Origin: an uncultured Planctomycetota bacterium
Lineage (GTDB): Bacteria > Planctomycetota > PLA2 > JAEUHO01
Direction: 5' to 3'
Assembly: GCA_963802335.1 (NCBI GenBank)
Contig: CAWDIE010000009.1
Location: forward strand, 111,421 to 175,420
Length of the DNA: 64,000 nt
Below the pieces are notes generated by a model. That model saw only the letters and a program-made list of their open reading frames with translations, was not told the DNA's origin and made no database searches. Both the position numbers and the translations under genes were made by a program. Of this stretch, positions 40,354 to 49,331 are shown piece by piece; position 1 is the first letter of the stretch; the number at the start of each line of letters is the position of its first letter.

Positions 40354-41352
40354 ATGGGGGAGACCATTTACTTCGAGACGGCGGATGCCCGGCTGCGCCC
40401 TTCGCCGGAGGCCTTCGCCGGCCTCTTCTTGCTCCCGGCGCTCAAGCAGCACGCCCGCCTCCGGGTCGAGGCCCCCCTGGACGGCGCCTGGCTCCTCGGC
40501 ACGAAGACCCTGACCGGGATCTACGCCTCGTGGTGGAAGTACCCGGCCACCTACCCCATCGAGGATGTCGGCGTGGCCCCCGCCCAGGTCGCACCCGCGC
40601 CGGGTCACGGCCTCTGCTTCACCGGGGGCGTGGACTCGTTCTACGCCCTTCACGAAGCCTCCAGCCGCTACGACCACCTGGTGTTCGTGCACGGCTATGA
40701 CATCGATCTCGCCGACGGCGTGCGCATCGACGCGTGGGAGCGCTCGCTGCGGGACGTGGCCTTGGATACCCGCAAGCAGGCCGTCCTCGTCCGCACGAAC
40801 CTCCGCTCGCACCCGGTCTTCTCGAGCGTGCCGTGGGAGCGGACCCACGGCGCAGCCCTCGCCGCGGTCGGCCAGCTCCTCGCTCCACGTCTGGGGCACC
40901 TCTCCATTCCGCCGAGCTGGAGCCGGTCGCGCCTCAGGCCGTGGGGATCCCATCCGGAGACCGATCAGCTCTGGTCGTCCAGCCACCTCGGCGTGCTCCA
41001 CGGGAACGCGGGTATCGGGCGAAGGGACCGGCTGCTGACGATCGCGGGTTACCCCCTCGCGCAGCGGCACCTGAGGGTCTGCTGGGAGCACCGCACCGAC
41101 GAGCAGAACTGCTCTCGCTGCGAGAAGTGCGTCCGCACGATGACCGCGCTCGCCGGTGCGGGGGTGCTCGATCGCTTTCGGACCTTCTCCGCCCGAGCGG
41201 ACCTTCCGGCCGCCATTCGCGCCCTGGGGCGACTCTCGCCCGGGCTGGCCATGCTGTGGCAGGAACTCCTGGCTCTGGATCTGCCGCCCGATGTACGGCG
41301 GGAGACGCGTCGCCTCGTCCGCCGAAGCCGCCGGTGGTGGCCCTTTGGCTAG
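40354..41352 (+). CDS. QueC-like PP-loop ATP pyrophosphatase-fold protein with N-terminal extension
   Basis: PP-loop LCFTGGVDSFYALHEA matches SGGxDS. The C-terminal zinc ribbon VCWEH..NCSRCEKCVRT resembles the QueC C-terminus. About 80 aa precede the PP-loop. Confidence 0.55.
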   Translation: MGETIYFETADARLRPSPEAFAGLFLLPALKQHARLRVEAPLDGAWLLGTKTLTGIYASWWKYPATYPIEDVGVAPAQVAPAPGHGLCFTGGVDSFYALHEASSRYDHLVFVHGYDIDLADGVRIDAWERSLRDVALDTRKQAVLVRTNLRSHPVFSSVPWERTHGAALAAVGQLLAPRLGHLSIPPSWSRSRLRPWGSHPETDQLWSSSHLGVLHGNAGIGRRDRLLTIAGYPLAQRHLRVCWEHRTDEQNCSRCEKCVRTMTALAGAGVLDRFRTFSARADLPAAIRALGRLSPGLAMLWQELLALDLPPDVRRETRRLVRRSRRWWPFG

Positions 41353-42002
41353 ATAAGACCCAGGATGGCCTCCGGGCGATCGACGAGGGCGGAGGCCCCC
41401 GCACGCTCCAGCTCCTCGGCCGGCCTGAACCCCCACAGGACCCCGACCGCCTTCATGCCCGCGGCGGTGGCCGTCCACATGTCGGTGTTCGTGTCTCCGC
41501 AGTAGAGCCAGGCGGCGGGAAGGACGCCCAGCGCCTCGGCGATGGCGAGGGCGCCGGTCGGGTCGGGCTTCTTCGGCGTGTCGGGTCCCACGCCGCGCAC
41601 CGCCTGGAAGGGCCACCGGCCCAGGAAGGCCTCCACGGCGAGGCGGGTGAAATCGTCGGGCTTGTTGGAGAAGATGGCCACCTGCACGCCTCGCTCGAAC
41701 AATCCGTCGAGAAGCAGATCCACCCCGGCGTACGGGCGGGTCTTCTCGTTCCAGCGGCGACCGTAGACCTCGAGCATGGCCCGGCGGCCCTGGTCGATCG
41801 ACTCGGCCGAGCGGGCCGGTGCCGGGAGGGCCCGCTCGACCAGGGTCTCCAGCCCGTCGCCGACGAAGCGCCGGTAGGCGTCGGTGGGGTGGGGGGGGTG
41901 GCCGAGGCCCGCGAGCGCCTCGTTCATCGAGTCCGCCAGATCCTCCAGCGTATCCAGAAGGGTCCCGTCCAGATCGAAGAGCACGGCGCGGCAGGCGGAC
42001 AT
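41349..42002 (-). CDS. HAD-superfamily hydrolase (phosphoglycolate phosphatase-like)
   Basis: MSACRAVLFDLDGTLLDT gives HAD motif I. It ends with WLYCGDTNTDMWTATAAG (motif IV). Confidence 0.75.
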   Translation of the reverse strand: MSACRAVLFDLDGTLLDTLEDLADSMNEALAGLGHPPHPTDAYRRFVGDGLETLVERALPAPARSAESIDQGRRAMLEVYGRRWNEKTRPYAGVDLLLDGLFERGVQVAIFSNKPDDFTRLAVEAFLGRWPFQAVRGVGPDTPKKPDPTGALAIAEALGVLPAAWLYCGDTNTDMWTATAAGMKAVGVLWGFRPAEELERAGASALVDRPEAILGLI

Positions 42003-42069
42003 GGGGCCATCGTACGACCGCATGAAGATTCGATTCAAGGCGTTCAGAGTCGCGGTCGATAGGGCTCCC

Positions 42070-43071
42070 ATGGCGCGAATCCTGGTTGTCGAAGATGATG
42101 CTTCCCTGCTCGCCATGCTCGGCGAGGCCCTCCGCGAGTGGGGTCACACGGTCGACGTAGCTGGCGATGGCATCGGTGGTTACGAGCGCGTGTACCTCTC
42201 GGACGCGAGCTACGACCTCGTGCTCTGCGACCTGGAGCTGCCCCGCATGCCGGGGCCCACGTTCCTCAGGACCGCCGTGCAGCAACTCCGCGGTCGTACC
42301 CCCGTCATCATCATGACCGGCGCCGACCGGATGCTGGACGCGCTCGGGGAGACCCGGCGCTGGGCATTCGGCGTCCTCAAGAAGCCCTTCCATCTCGACC
42401 ACCTCCGAGAGATCGTCGAGCACGCGCTCCAGCAGCGCGTCGTCTACGAGAAGGCCACGAAGCAGGCCCAGCGCATCGACGAGCTCGAGGCCCGCATTCG
42501 CGACCTGGTGATGCAGAACCAGGCCTTGTTCGAGGAGGCGCGACTCGACGCGCTCACCCTCCTGCCCAACCGCCGGCGCATGCAGGAAGACCTCGGTCGC
42601 ATGTACGCAAACGCCGACCGCTACGATCGCCCCTTCGCGCTGGCGCTCTGCGACGTCGATGACTTCCGTCGATACAACCGCGAACAGGGCTACGTCGGCG
42701 GCGACCGCGCCATCCGCCGCGTGGCCGACCTCCTTCGTGCTGCCCTACGACAGGGCGACACCGTGTACCGCTTCGGCGGGGACGAGTTCGTGATCGCCAT
42801 GCAGGCTGAGAACGCCATGGAGGCGTCGGTGGCGATGGAGCGGCTCCGGCAATCCGTCGAGCACGGCAGCCACGCGCACGACGAGGGTGCCAGCGACGGA
42901 GCGATCACCCTCAGCATCGGTGTCGCCGCCGTCGAGCCGGGAGAGGCCCGCTCGGTGCCCGCCTTGATCCAGCGCGCGGACGAGCAACTGCGGATCGCGA
43001 AAGCGGCGGGCGGCAACTGCGTCTACCCTCGCCCCTCGAGCGCCGACGAGGACCACGCCCAAACTGCCTGA
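42070..43071 (+). CDS. response regulator receiver-GGDEF diguanylate cyclase
   Basis: REC domain ARILVVEDD...DLVLCDLELP. GGDEF domain with an intact RFGGDEF motif. Confidence 0.8.
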   Translation: MARILVVEDDASLLAMLGEALREWGHTVDVAGDGIGGYERVYLSDASYDLVLCDLELPRMPGPTFLRTAVQQLRGRTPVIIMTGADRMLDALGETRRWAFGVLKKPFHLDHLREIVEHALQQRVVYEKATKQAQRIDELEARIRDLVMQNQALFEEARLDALTLLPNRRRMQEDLGRMYANADRYDRPFALALCDVDDFRRYNREQGYVGGDRAIRRVADLLRAALRQGDTVYRFGGDEFVIAMQAENAMEASVAMERLRQSVEHGSHAHDEGASDGAITLSIGVAAVEPGEARSVPALIQRADEQLRIAKAAGGNCVYPRPSSADEDHAQTA

Positions 43072-43101
43072 GGGGCGTTGCTGGCGCGGTAGACTCCGCG
43101 A

Positions 43102-44562
43102 ATGGCACTCCCCCCCGACCTCCTGATGCGCAGTCCCGAGGAGGGTGCGCGACGCATCGCCCTCGGGTTTCTCGACGAGGCGCATGCGGCGTCCCTCCGT
43201 CTCGACGACCCGAAGGACAAGGAAGCCCTCCACGACTTCCGCGTTGGCATACGGCGACTGAGAAGCTGTGCTCGTGCTTGGAAGGACCGGCTGAAAGGCA
43301 CCGTCCACAAGCGGGACCGGGCGGCGCTGAAGTCGCTCCAGAACGCCACGGGCGGGGGGCGTGACGCCGAGGTCGCCATCGAGTGGCTCGAGACGCAGCG
43401 CGACGCATTGAGCCCCGCGCACCGCCGAGGGCTCCAGTGGATGGTGGATCGGCTGACGCAGCGTCGGCAGGGTGCGATGGCGAACGTCAACGAGGAGATC
43501 CGCGGACAGTTCGAGGCCATCGAGGGAGCCCTCCGCGAGGCACTCCAGACGATGCGGGTCGAGATCCATCTCGGCGGGCCTCGGACGGAGTCGACGTTCG
43601 CCGAGGCCGTGGCCGCCAAGGCGCGAGAGCACGCCGCGGAGCTCATTCTCCACCTCGCCAAGGTGGCCTCGCTCCGTGACGAGGAGGAAGCCCACCAGGC
43701 GCGCATCATGGGCAAGCGCATGCGCTACCTCCTCGAGCCTCTGCGCCCCTTCATGCCCGAGGCGGGGCGACTCGTGAAGCGGATGAAGGGCCTGCAGGAC
43801 ATCCTCGGCGACATGAACGACGCGCGCGTTCTCCGTGACGAACTCGGGGTCGCCCTGGAAGACGCCGCCGTCGAGCACGCGCGCCGGCTCCACGAGCTCG
43901 TGGGCGAGGGCGACCTCGAGGGAATGAAGCGCGAGATGCGTCGGACCGAGCGCAGCGGCATCATCGAACTGACCCACCGGGGGCAGAAGCGTGCCCAAGC
44001 GCTCTTCGCGGACCTCGAGCAGCACTGGCTCGGCGATGGCGCCGCCGACTTCCTCGTCGAGGTCGAGCGTCTTGCGACGAAGCTCGAGCGCCATGCCCAG
44101 GGGCCCGTCGAGATCGAGCGGAAGTTCCTCCTCCGCGCCGGTCCCGAGTTGCCCGACGCGACGGTCACTGTGCAGATCGACCAGGGCTGGTTGCCCGGCG
44201 GCGAGATCCGCGAGCGCGTCCGCCGCGAGATCGCCGAGGACGGTCAGGCCACCTACACGCGCACGATCAAGTTCGGATCCGGTATCCGGCGGACGGAAGT
44301 CGAGGAGACCGTTTCCGAGGCGCTCTTCGAGTCCCTGTGGGCCCTCACCGAGGGGTGCCGCGTGCGCAAGCGCCGGCATCGGGTCGAGGAGGACGGTTTC
44401 GTCTGGGAGATCGACCAGTTCCTGGACCGCGATCTCTGGTTGGGGGAGGTGGAGCTGCCCACGGTCGACACGAAGGTCGAGCCGCCGGCGTGGCTCGCCC
44501 CCGTCGTCCGACGCGACGTGACCGGGCAGAAGAAGTACCTCAACCTGTCGCTCGCGGGCTGA
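43102..44562 (+). CDS. CHAD domain-CYTH domain protein (triphosphate tunnel metalloenzyme family)
   Basis: N-terminal CHAD-like helical domain (HDFRVGIRRLRS). C-terminal CYTH signature VEIERKFLL. Confidence 0.7.
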   Translation: MALPPDLLMRSPEEGARRIALGFLDEAHAASLRLDDPKDKEALHDFRVGIRRLRSCARAWKDRLKGTVHKRDRAALKSLQNATGGGRDAEVAIEWLETQRDALSPAHRRGLQWMVDRLTQRRQGAMANVNEEIRGQFEAIEGALREALQTMRVEIHLGGPRTESTFAEAVAAKAREHAAELILHLAKVASLRDEEEAHQARIMGKRMRYLLEPLRPFMPEAGRLVKRMKGLQDILGDMNDARVLRDELGVALEDAAVEHARRLHELVGEGDLEGMKREMRRTERSGIIELTHRGQKRAQALFADLEQHWLGDGAADFLVEVERLATKLERHAQGPVEIERKFLLRAGPELPDATVTVQIDQGWLPGGEIRERVRREIAEDGQATYTRTIKFGSGIRRTEVEETVSEALFESLWALTEGCRVRKRRHRVEEDGFVWEIDQFLDRDLWLGEVELPTVDTKVEPPAWLAPVVRRDVTGQKKYLNLSLAG

Positions 44563-44832
44563 GCCGGCCGAGATCCTTCGCCGCGACGAAGCCCGGATGA
44601 CTCATGAACCTTGGCGTAGTCGCGCGGTCCTGGACGGCCCTGGAGCCGAACCTCGGCGCTTGCTCCTCCTCGGCGATGCGCAGCGGCATCGAGTCGTCGT
44701 CGCGCCTTGACTTTCGGCTCCAGGAGCACCCAGGACACCCCGTCGCTCGAGCGGGGGCGGAAGAATGGCCGCTGGACCCCACTCGCTTGCGCCTTCCGCG
44801 ACGGACGGCGCGCGCTTCATGAATCAACCAGG

Positions 44833-45327
44833 CTAGAGAGCGGCCAGCGCCGCGTCGTAGTCGGGCTCCTGCGCGATCTCCGGAACCAGCTCCGTGTAGG
44901 TGACCTGGTTGTTCTCGTCCACCACGAGGACCGCCCGGGCGCAGAGCCCCGCCAGCGGACCATCGACGATCTCGAGGCCGTAGTCTTGGGCGAACCCGCC
45001 CCTGAACGAGGAGAGCGTCTCGGCGCCTTCGATGCCCTCGGCGGCGCAGAAGCGCTTGGCCGCGAAGGGGAGGTCCGCCGACACGTTGAGCACGACCACC
45101 CCGGCCTTGTCCGCGGCCTTCTGATTGAACGCGCGCACCGACGTGGCGCATACCGGCGTGTCCAGGCTCGGGAAGACGTTGAAGACCTTCTTCTTGCCGG
45201 CGTACGTCGCGAGGGTGGCGATCGCGAGGTCCTGCCGTACCAACTCGAAGTTGGGGGCCGCCGAGCCCGGCGCCGGCACGCTGCCGCTGGTGCTGTACGG
45301 GTCGCCCTTGAGCGTGATCTTGGCCAT
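44833..45327 (-). CDS. tpx: thiol peroxidase (atypical 2-Cys peroxiredoxin)
   Basis: Full-length Tpx similarity with the peroxidatic Cys in FPSLDTPVCATS. Confidence 0.85.
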   Translation of the reverse strand: MAKITLKGDPYSTSGSVPAPGSAAPNFELVRQDLAIATLATYAGKKKVFNVFPSLDTPVCATSVRAFNQKAADKAGVVVLNVSADLPFAAKRFCAAEGIEGAETLSSFRGGFAQDYGLEIVDGPLAGLCARAVLVVDENNQVTYTELVPEIAQEPDYDAALAAL

Positions 45328-45379
45328 GGGAATCTCCTCGGGGAGCCCGGGCGGACTCCCTCGGCGACGGATTGTACGG

Positions 45380-46558
45380 CTAGCTCGGTCCGATCAGCCC
45401 GAAGGCCGAGGTGAACCCGTGCAGATGGGTGGTCCCGCCGACGGGGCCGATCTCGCCGCTGCAGAAGAAGCCGCCCAGGGGGACCTGACCCACCCGTTCC
45501 CGAAACGCCAGGGTGTCGTGATCGGGGGTGCCGTAGAGATGGGTGCCGCGTCCCAGGCAGGAGAAGAGCAGGGCGGCGGCGGGCGCCGTGGCGTCTTCGC
45601 TGAGGGCCGCCTCCAGCGTGCGGTCCAGGTCCTCCGCGCTCGTGACCCGATCCCTCACGTGGAAGCGGACGCGGCGCCCTCGGCGGAGCTCCTCGCCGAC
45701 GTACAGGCCGCGCGTGGTCGGATCGATGCCCACGAGGTTGCGGATCAGCCAGGGAGCGTCGTCGCTCGTGCCCACGAGGGGGTCCATCTCGAAGCCGAGG
45801 GAGAGGGTGTGGCTGGCGAGGCGGCGATCGTGCTCGGAGGCCTCACCCATGACGCCCTGCAGGGCCTCCAGGATCGGCCGTCCGTCCACCTGCGTCAGCA
45901 GGTGGCCCTCGCACGCCGTGATGCGCATGGCACCGCCCAGCGCGCGACACCCTTGCGCCACCGCGGGCACGATTCGGGCGTTTCCCATGAGACCGATACC
46001 GACGGCGCCATCGCGGATCACGCGGTCGTTGAGCAGAAGGACCTGCTCGCCCGGACGGCGGGCGCCGCTGGCGAGCCCGCCTACCTTCACGGCCTCCGGG
46101 TACGCGAAGTCGAGCCCGGCGAGCAGCCTCGACGCGTCCATCGAGAAGGGGTCGCCGATCAGAACGAAGGCCGGATCGTCGGCCGAGGACAGGCCGAGGG
46201 ACTCTTGCCATGCACCGGGCGAGGCGTCGGCATCCGGGAGGTCCGCTTCGCCGAGGTGAAACGCGTGGATGCCGGCTTCCGGGAGGCGGCCGGCGAGGAC
46301 GCTGAGCGCGGGCCGATCCTCGAACTCGCGGTCGCCGCCGATGACCCCGCCTGCCGTGCACCCGAGGAGGACCTCCGCGCCCAGCCGCTCGCGCAGCACC
46401 TCGAGGACTCGCTCCGCTCCGCCGGCCAGGTCGGCGCCCAGGAACACGAAGACCAGGTCCACCCCTGCGTCACCGAGCCCCGCGCGCACGTCGCGCGTCA
46501 CCTCCTCGAGGAGGGCGTCGAGGTCGTCTCCGAGAGCCGCGGTGGAGATCCAGTGCAC
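45380..46558 (-). CDS. FIST domain protein
   Basis: FIST_N and FIST_C-like regions. Probable GTG start VHWISTAALG. The longer ORF N-terminus is Arg-rich junk. Confidence 0.6.
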   Translation of the reverse strand: MHWISTAALGDDLDALLEEVTRDVRAGLGDAGVDLVFVFLGADLAGGAERVLEVLRERLGAEVLLGCTAGGVIGGDREFEDRPALSVLAGRLPEAGIHAFHLGEADLPDADASPGAWQESLGLSSADDPAFVLIGDPFSMDASRLLAGLDFAYPEAVKVGGLASGARRPGEQVLLLNDRVIRDGAVGIGLMGNARIVPAVAQGCRALGGAMRITACEGHLLTQVDGRPILEALQGVMGEASEHDRRLASHTLSLGFEMDPLVGTSDDAPWLIRNLVGIDPTTRGLYVGEELRRGRRVRFHVRDRVTSAEDLDRTLEAALSEDATAPAAALLFSCLGRGTHLYGTPDHDTLAFRERVGQVPLGGFFCSGEIGPVGGTTHLHGFTSAFGLIGPS

Positions 46559-46626
46559 GCATCCACCGTACCAACGCCCAGGGGAGCGAGGTACAAGGAC
46601 GGCTTCCACGCTCGGAGACTCGGACC

Positions 46627-48087
46627 ATGCGCCAACGCGCCTTGTGCTTCGCCTTGCCTCTCGTCGTCCTCTGGATGGCGGGCGGCCTCGCCGCAACCGC
46701 CTCAGCCGGCCAGGAGGCCGGTGGCACGGCCACGCCTCGAGAGGAGATCGAGACTTTCGTGCTCGAACCCGCGCGACTCGTCGAGACGCTGGATCTCAAG
46801 GCGGGCCTGGTGCCGCAGGCCAGCGAACTCGTTGCGTACGAGGGCGAGGTCTACGGCGGCACGCTCGAGGTCGTGCGGGCGCTCGACGGCGGCGTGGTCG
46901 AGAAGGGCGCCGTCTTGGTGCAGTTCGACGAGGAGGACGTGCGCGAGCAACTCCTCGCGGCGGAGCGCGATCTACGCATCGCCCGCCTCAAGCATGCGAT
47001 CGCCGAGCAGGACCTCGAGAGCAAGGAGGCGCAGCACAAGCTCAAGCTCGAGCAGCTCGAGCAGCGCCTGGCACGCTCCCAGGAAGCCCTGCAGCGGTTC
47101 CTCGACATCGACAAGCCCCAGCGCATCGCGCAGTCGGCACACAACCTCGAGGGTGCCGAGAACCGCCTTCAGGACCAGACCGAGGAACTCGAACAGCTCG
47201 AGAAGATGTACAAGGAGGACGATCTCACCGAGGAGACCGAGGAGATCGTCCTGCGCCGCACGCGCCGCAACCTCGTGCGGTCGCGCAAGAGCATGGCCTG
47301 GCAGCGCCTGCGCCACCAAAAGCTGCTCGAAGTCACCATTCCGCATGACGAGGAGAACGCACGCATGGACGTGCGGCAGAAGCAGCTGGACCTCGCCTCC
47401 TACCGCAAGACCGCTCCGCTTCGGCTGGACATCGCGAAGACCGAGTTCCAGAAGAGCGTGAAGGCGCTGGAAGACAAGGCGAAGCGGTACGACGATCTGC
47501 GCGGTGACCTGGATCGCCTGCGCGTGCGCGCGCCCTCGGCGGGCTTCGCCGTGCGGGGCGCTTTCCGGGGCGGCAAGTGGAACGACCTCGACGCGTTGCG
47601 CCAGGCGTTGGTACCCGAAGGGAAGGTGAAGGCGAAGCAGACGCTGTTCACCATCTTCCACCCGGGCAACGTGGAACTCGTCGCCTCGGTGGGCGAGGCG
47701 GACCTACCCAAACTCCACGTCGGAGACGAGGCCACCGTGGAGTCCGCCCTGTTGCCCGGCCGCACGCTCCCCGCCACCGTCGCGGAGGTGGCGCCCGTGG
47801 GGGTGGGTGGTAAGCACCGGGTCTTGCTCCGCCTGAAGGAGACCGACCCTGTCCTGATGCCCGGGCAGTCGGCCAAGGCCGTCGTCACCTGGCGCAAGGA
47901 GAACGCGGCCCTCATGGTGCCGGCGTCCGCGGTCGTCACGAAGGACGGGGCTTCCCACGTCTACGTCGTCGAGGAGGGCGCCACGAAGCGCTGCGACGTC
48001 GAGACGGGGACCACGCAGGGCGACCGCGTGGAGATCACATCCGGGCTCGAGGCCGGGGCCACGGTCGTCGTGAAGCCGGAGAAGTGA
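46627..48087 (+). CDS. HlyD-family periplasmic adaptor (membrane fusion protein)
   Basis: Signal/anchor, long coiled-coil region and C-terminal beta-barrel/lipoyl-like region typical of HlyD/RND adaptors. Confidence 0.75.
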   Translation: MRQRALCFALPLVVLWMAGGLAATASAGQEAGGTATPREEIETFVLEPARLVETLDLKAGLVPQASELVAYEGEVYGGTLEVVRALDGGVVEKGAVLVQFDEEDVREQLLAAERDLRIARLKHAIAEQDLESKEAQHKLKLEQLEQRLARSQEALQRFLDIDKPQRIAQSAHNLEGAENRLQDQTEELEQLEKMYKEDDLTEETEEIVLRRTRRNLVRSRKSMAWQRLRHQKLLEVTIPHDEENARMDVRQKQLDLASYRKTAPLRLDIAKTEFQKSVKALEDKAKRYDDLRGDLDRLRVRAPSAGFAVRGAFRGGKWNDLDALRQALVPEGKVKAKQTLFTIFHPGNVELVASVGEADLPKLHVGDEATVESALLPGRTLPATVAEVAPVGVGGKHRVLLRLKETDPVLMPGQSAKAVVTWRKENAALMVPASAVVTKDGASHVYVVEEGATKRCDVETGTTQGDRVEITSGLEAGATVVVKPEK

Positions 48088-49331
48088 TGCGCGCGAGCCT
48101 CTTCGTCGGACTCGTCGTCCTCATCTTCGCCTCGCCCGCGGCGGCGCGGTCGCCTACGGAGGCCACCCCCGGCGCGACGGAGGCGGCCATGCGCCGGGGC
48201 GTTGCGTACCTGCTCGCCGACCAGAACGAGGACGGATCGTGGGGCTCGCCCGCGCCCACCCTCCACGTCGACATCTACGCCCCGAACAAGGGGGCCTTCG
48301 ACGGGTACCAGGTGGCGTCGAGTGCCCTCGCCTTGTCTGCGCTCATCGAGGTCGGCGGCGACGCCTCGCGGGTGCAGGCCGCGATCCGCAAGGGGACGGC
48401 GTGGCTTCTCGAGCACCACCAGGCGAAGCGTGCGACCGCCGACGTCATCTACAACGTGTGGGCCCATGCGTACGCCCTCGAGACGTTTGCCCGCCTGCTG
48501 GACCGGGAAACGGATGCAGGGCAGCGCGCCGCGCTCCTCCAGGCGGCCCAGGAGGCGGTGAAGCTCCTGGAGCGCTACGAGTACGTCGACGGGGGATGGG
48601 GCTACTACGACTTCTCCATCGGCACGCAGCACCCCAGCCACGGGCACGCCAACAGCTTCACTACGGCCACCGCGCTGGTCGGGCTCACGATGGTCGAAGC
48701 ACACGGCGTCGAAGTGCCACAGCGGCTGCTCCGACGGGCCCGGCGCCTCATCAACGCCTCGCGCCTTCCCGATGGGGCTTACTCGTACTCCTTCAATTTC
48801 CACTTCCGCGCGCCCTGGGGCGTGAACAAGAAGAAGGGCAGCCTCGCCCGCACGCCGGCCTGCCTGGCGGCCCTGACGCGCGCCGGAGACGCGGTGCCCA
48901 CGCGGCGCATCGTTGCCGCGCTGGACGACCTCGAGCGATTCGGCCACTACCTCCGCATCGCGCGCAAGTACCCCAGGCCGCACGAGACGTGGTTTCAGAA
49001 CTCCGGCTACTTCTGCTTCTACGGCTACTACTACGCGAGCGATCTCTTCGACGACGTCCCGGCCGCCAAGGCGCGGGAGCATGCACAGAACATCGCGTCC
49101 CACCTCGTGCCTCTCCAGGAGAAGGACGGCTCTTGGTGGGACTACCAGCTCTACACCTATCACAAGCCCTACGGCACGGGCTACGTGCTCTTGACCTTGG
49201 CGAGGTGCCTGGACGTGCTGGAGCGGGACGCTACACGTGATTCCGCAGCATCAGCTCGCGGGGATACGGGTCCAGATACGCCTGCCGATGGACCCATGTC
49301 GGAACGTCGTTCCGCGCCAGGTGGTGCTTGA
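48084..49331 (+). CDS. secreted prenyltransferase/squalene-oxidase repeat (alpha/alpha-toroid) protein
   Basis: Signal peptide MMRASLFVGLVVLIFASPAAA. QW-type repeats EDGSWGSP, VDGGWGYYDF and KDGSWWDY. A 4-bp overlap with HlyD suggests translational coupling. The 3' end is uncertain because the ORF runs 100 bp into the convergent gene. Confidence 0.65.
   Translation: MMRASLFVGLVVLIFASPAAARSPTEATPGATEAAMRRGVAYLLADQNEDGSWGSPAPTLHVDIYAPNKGAFDGYQVASSALALSALIEVGGDASRVQAAIRKGTAWLLEHHQAKRATADVIYNVWAHAYALETFARLLDRETDAGQRAALLQAAQEAVKLLERYEYVDGGWGYYDFSIGTQHPSHGHANSFTTATALVGLTMVEAHGVEVPQRLLRRARRLINASRLPDGAYSYSFNFHFRAPWGVNKKKGSLARTPACLAALTRAGDAVPTRRIVAALDDLERFGHYLRIARKYPRPHETWFQNSGYFCFYGYYYASDLFDDVPAAKAREHAQNIASHLVPLQEKDGSWWDYQLYTYHKPYGTGYVLLTLARCLDVLERDATRDSAASARGDTGPDTPADGPMSERRSAPGGA

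Noticed and set aside
38371-42423. 1350-aa ORF suggesting a giant protein
   Set aside because: Only residues ~740-1210 of it are real pepN sequence. The N-terminal part is antisense read-through across the QueC-like and HAD genes. The C-terminal end is out-of-frame junk after the frameshift at ~38695.
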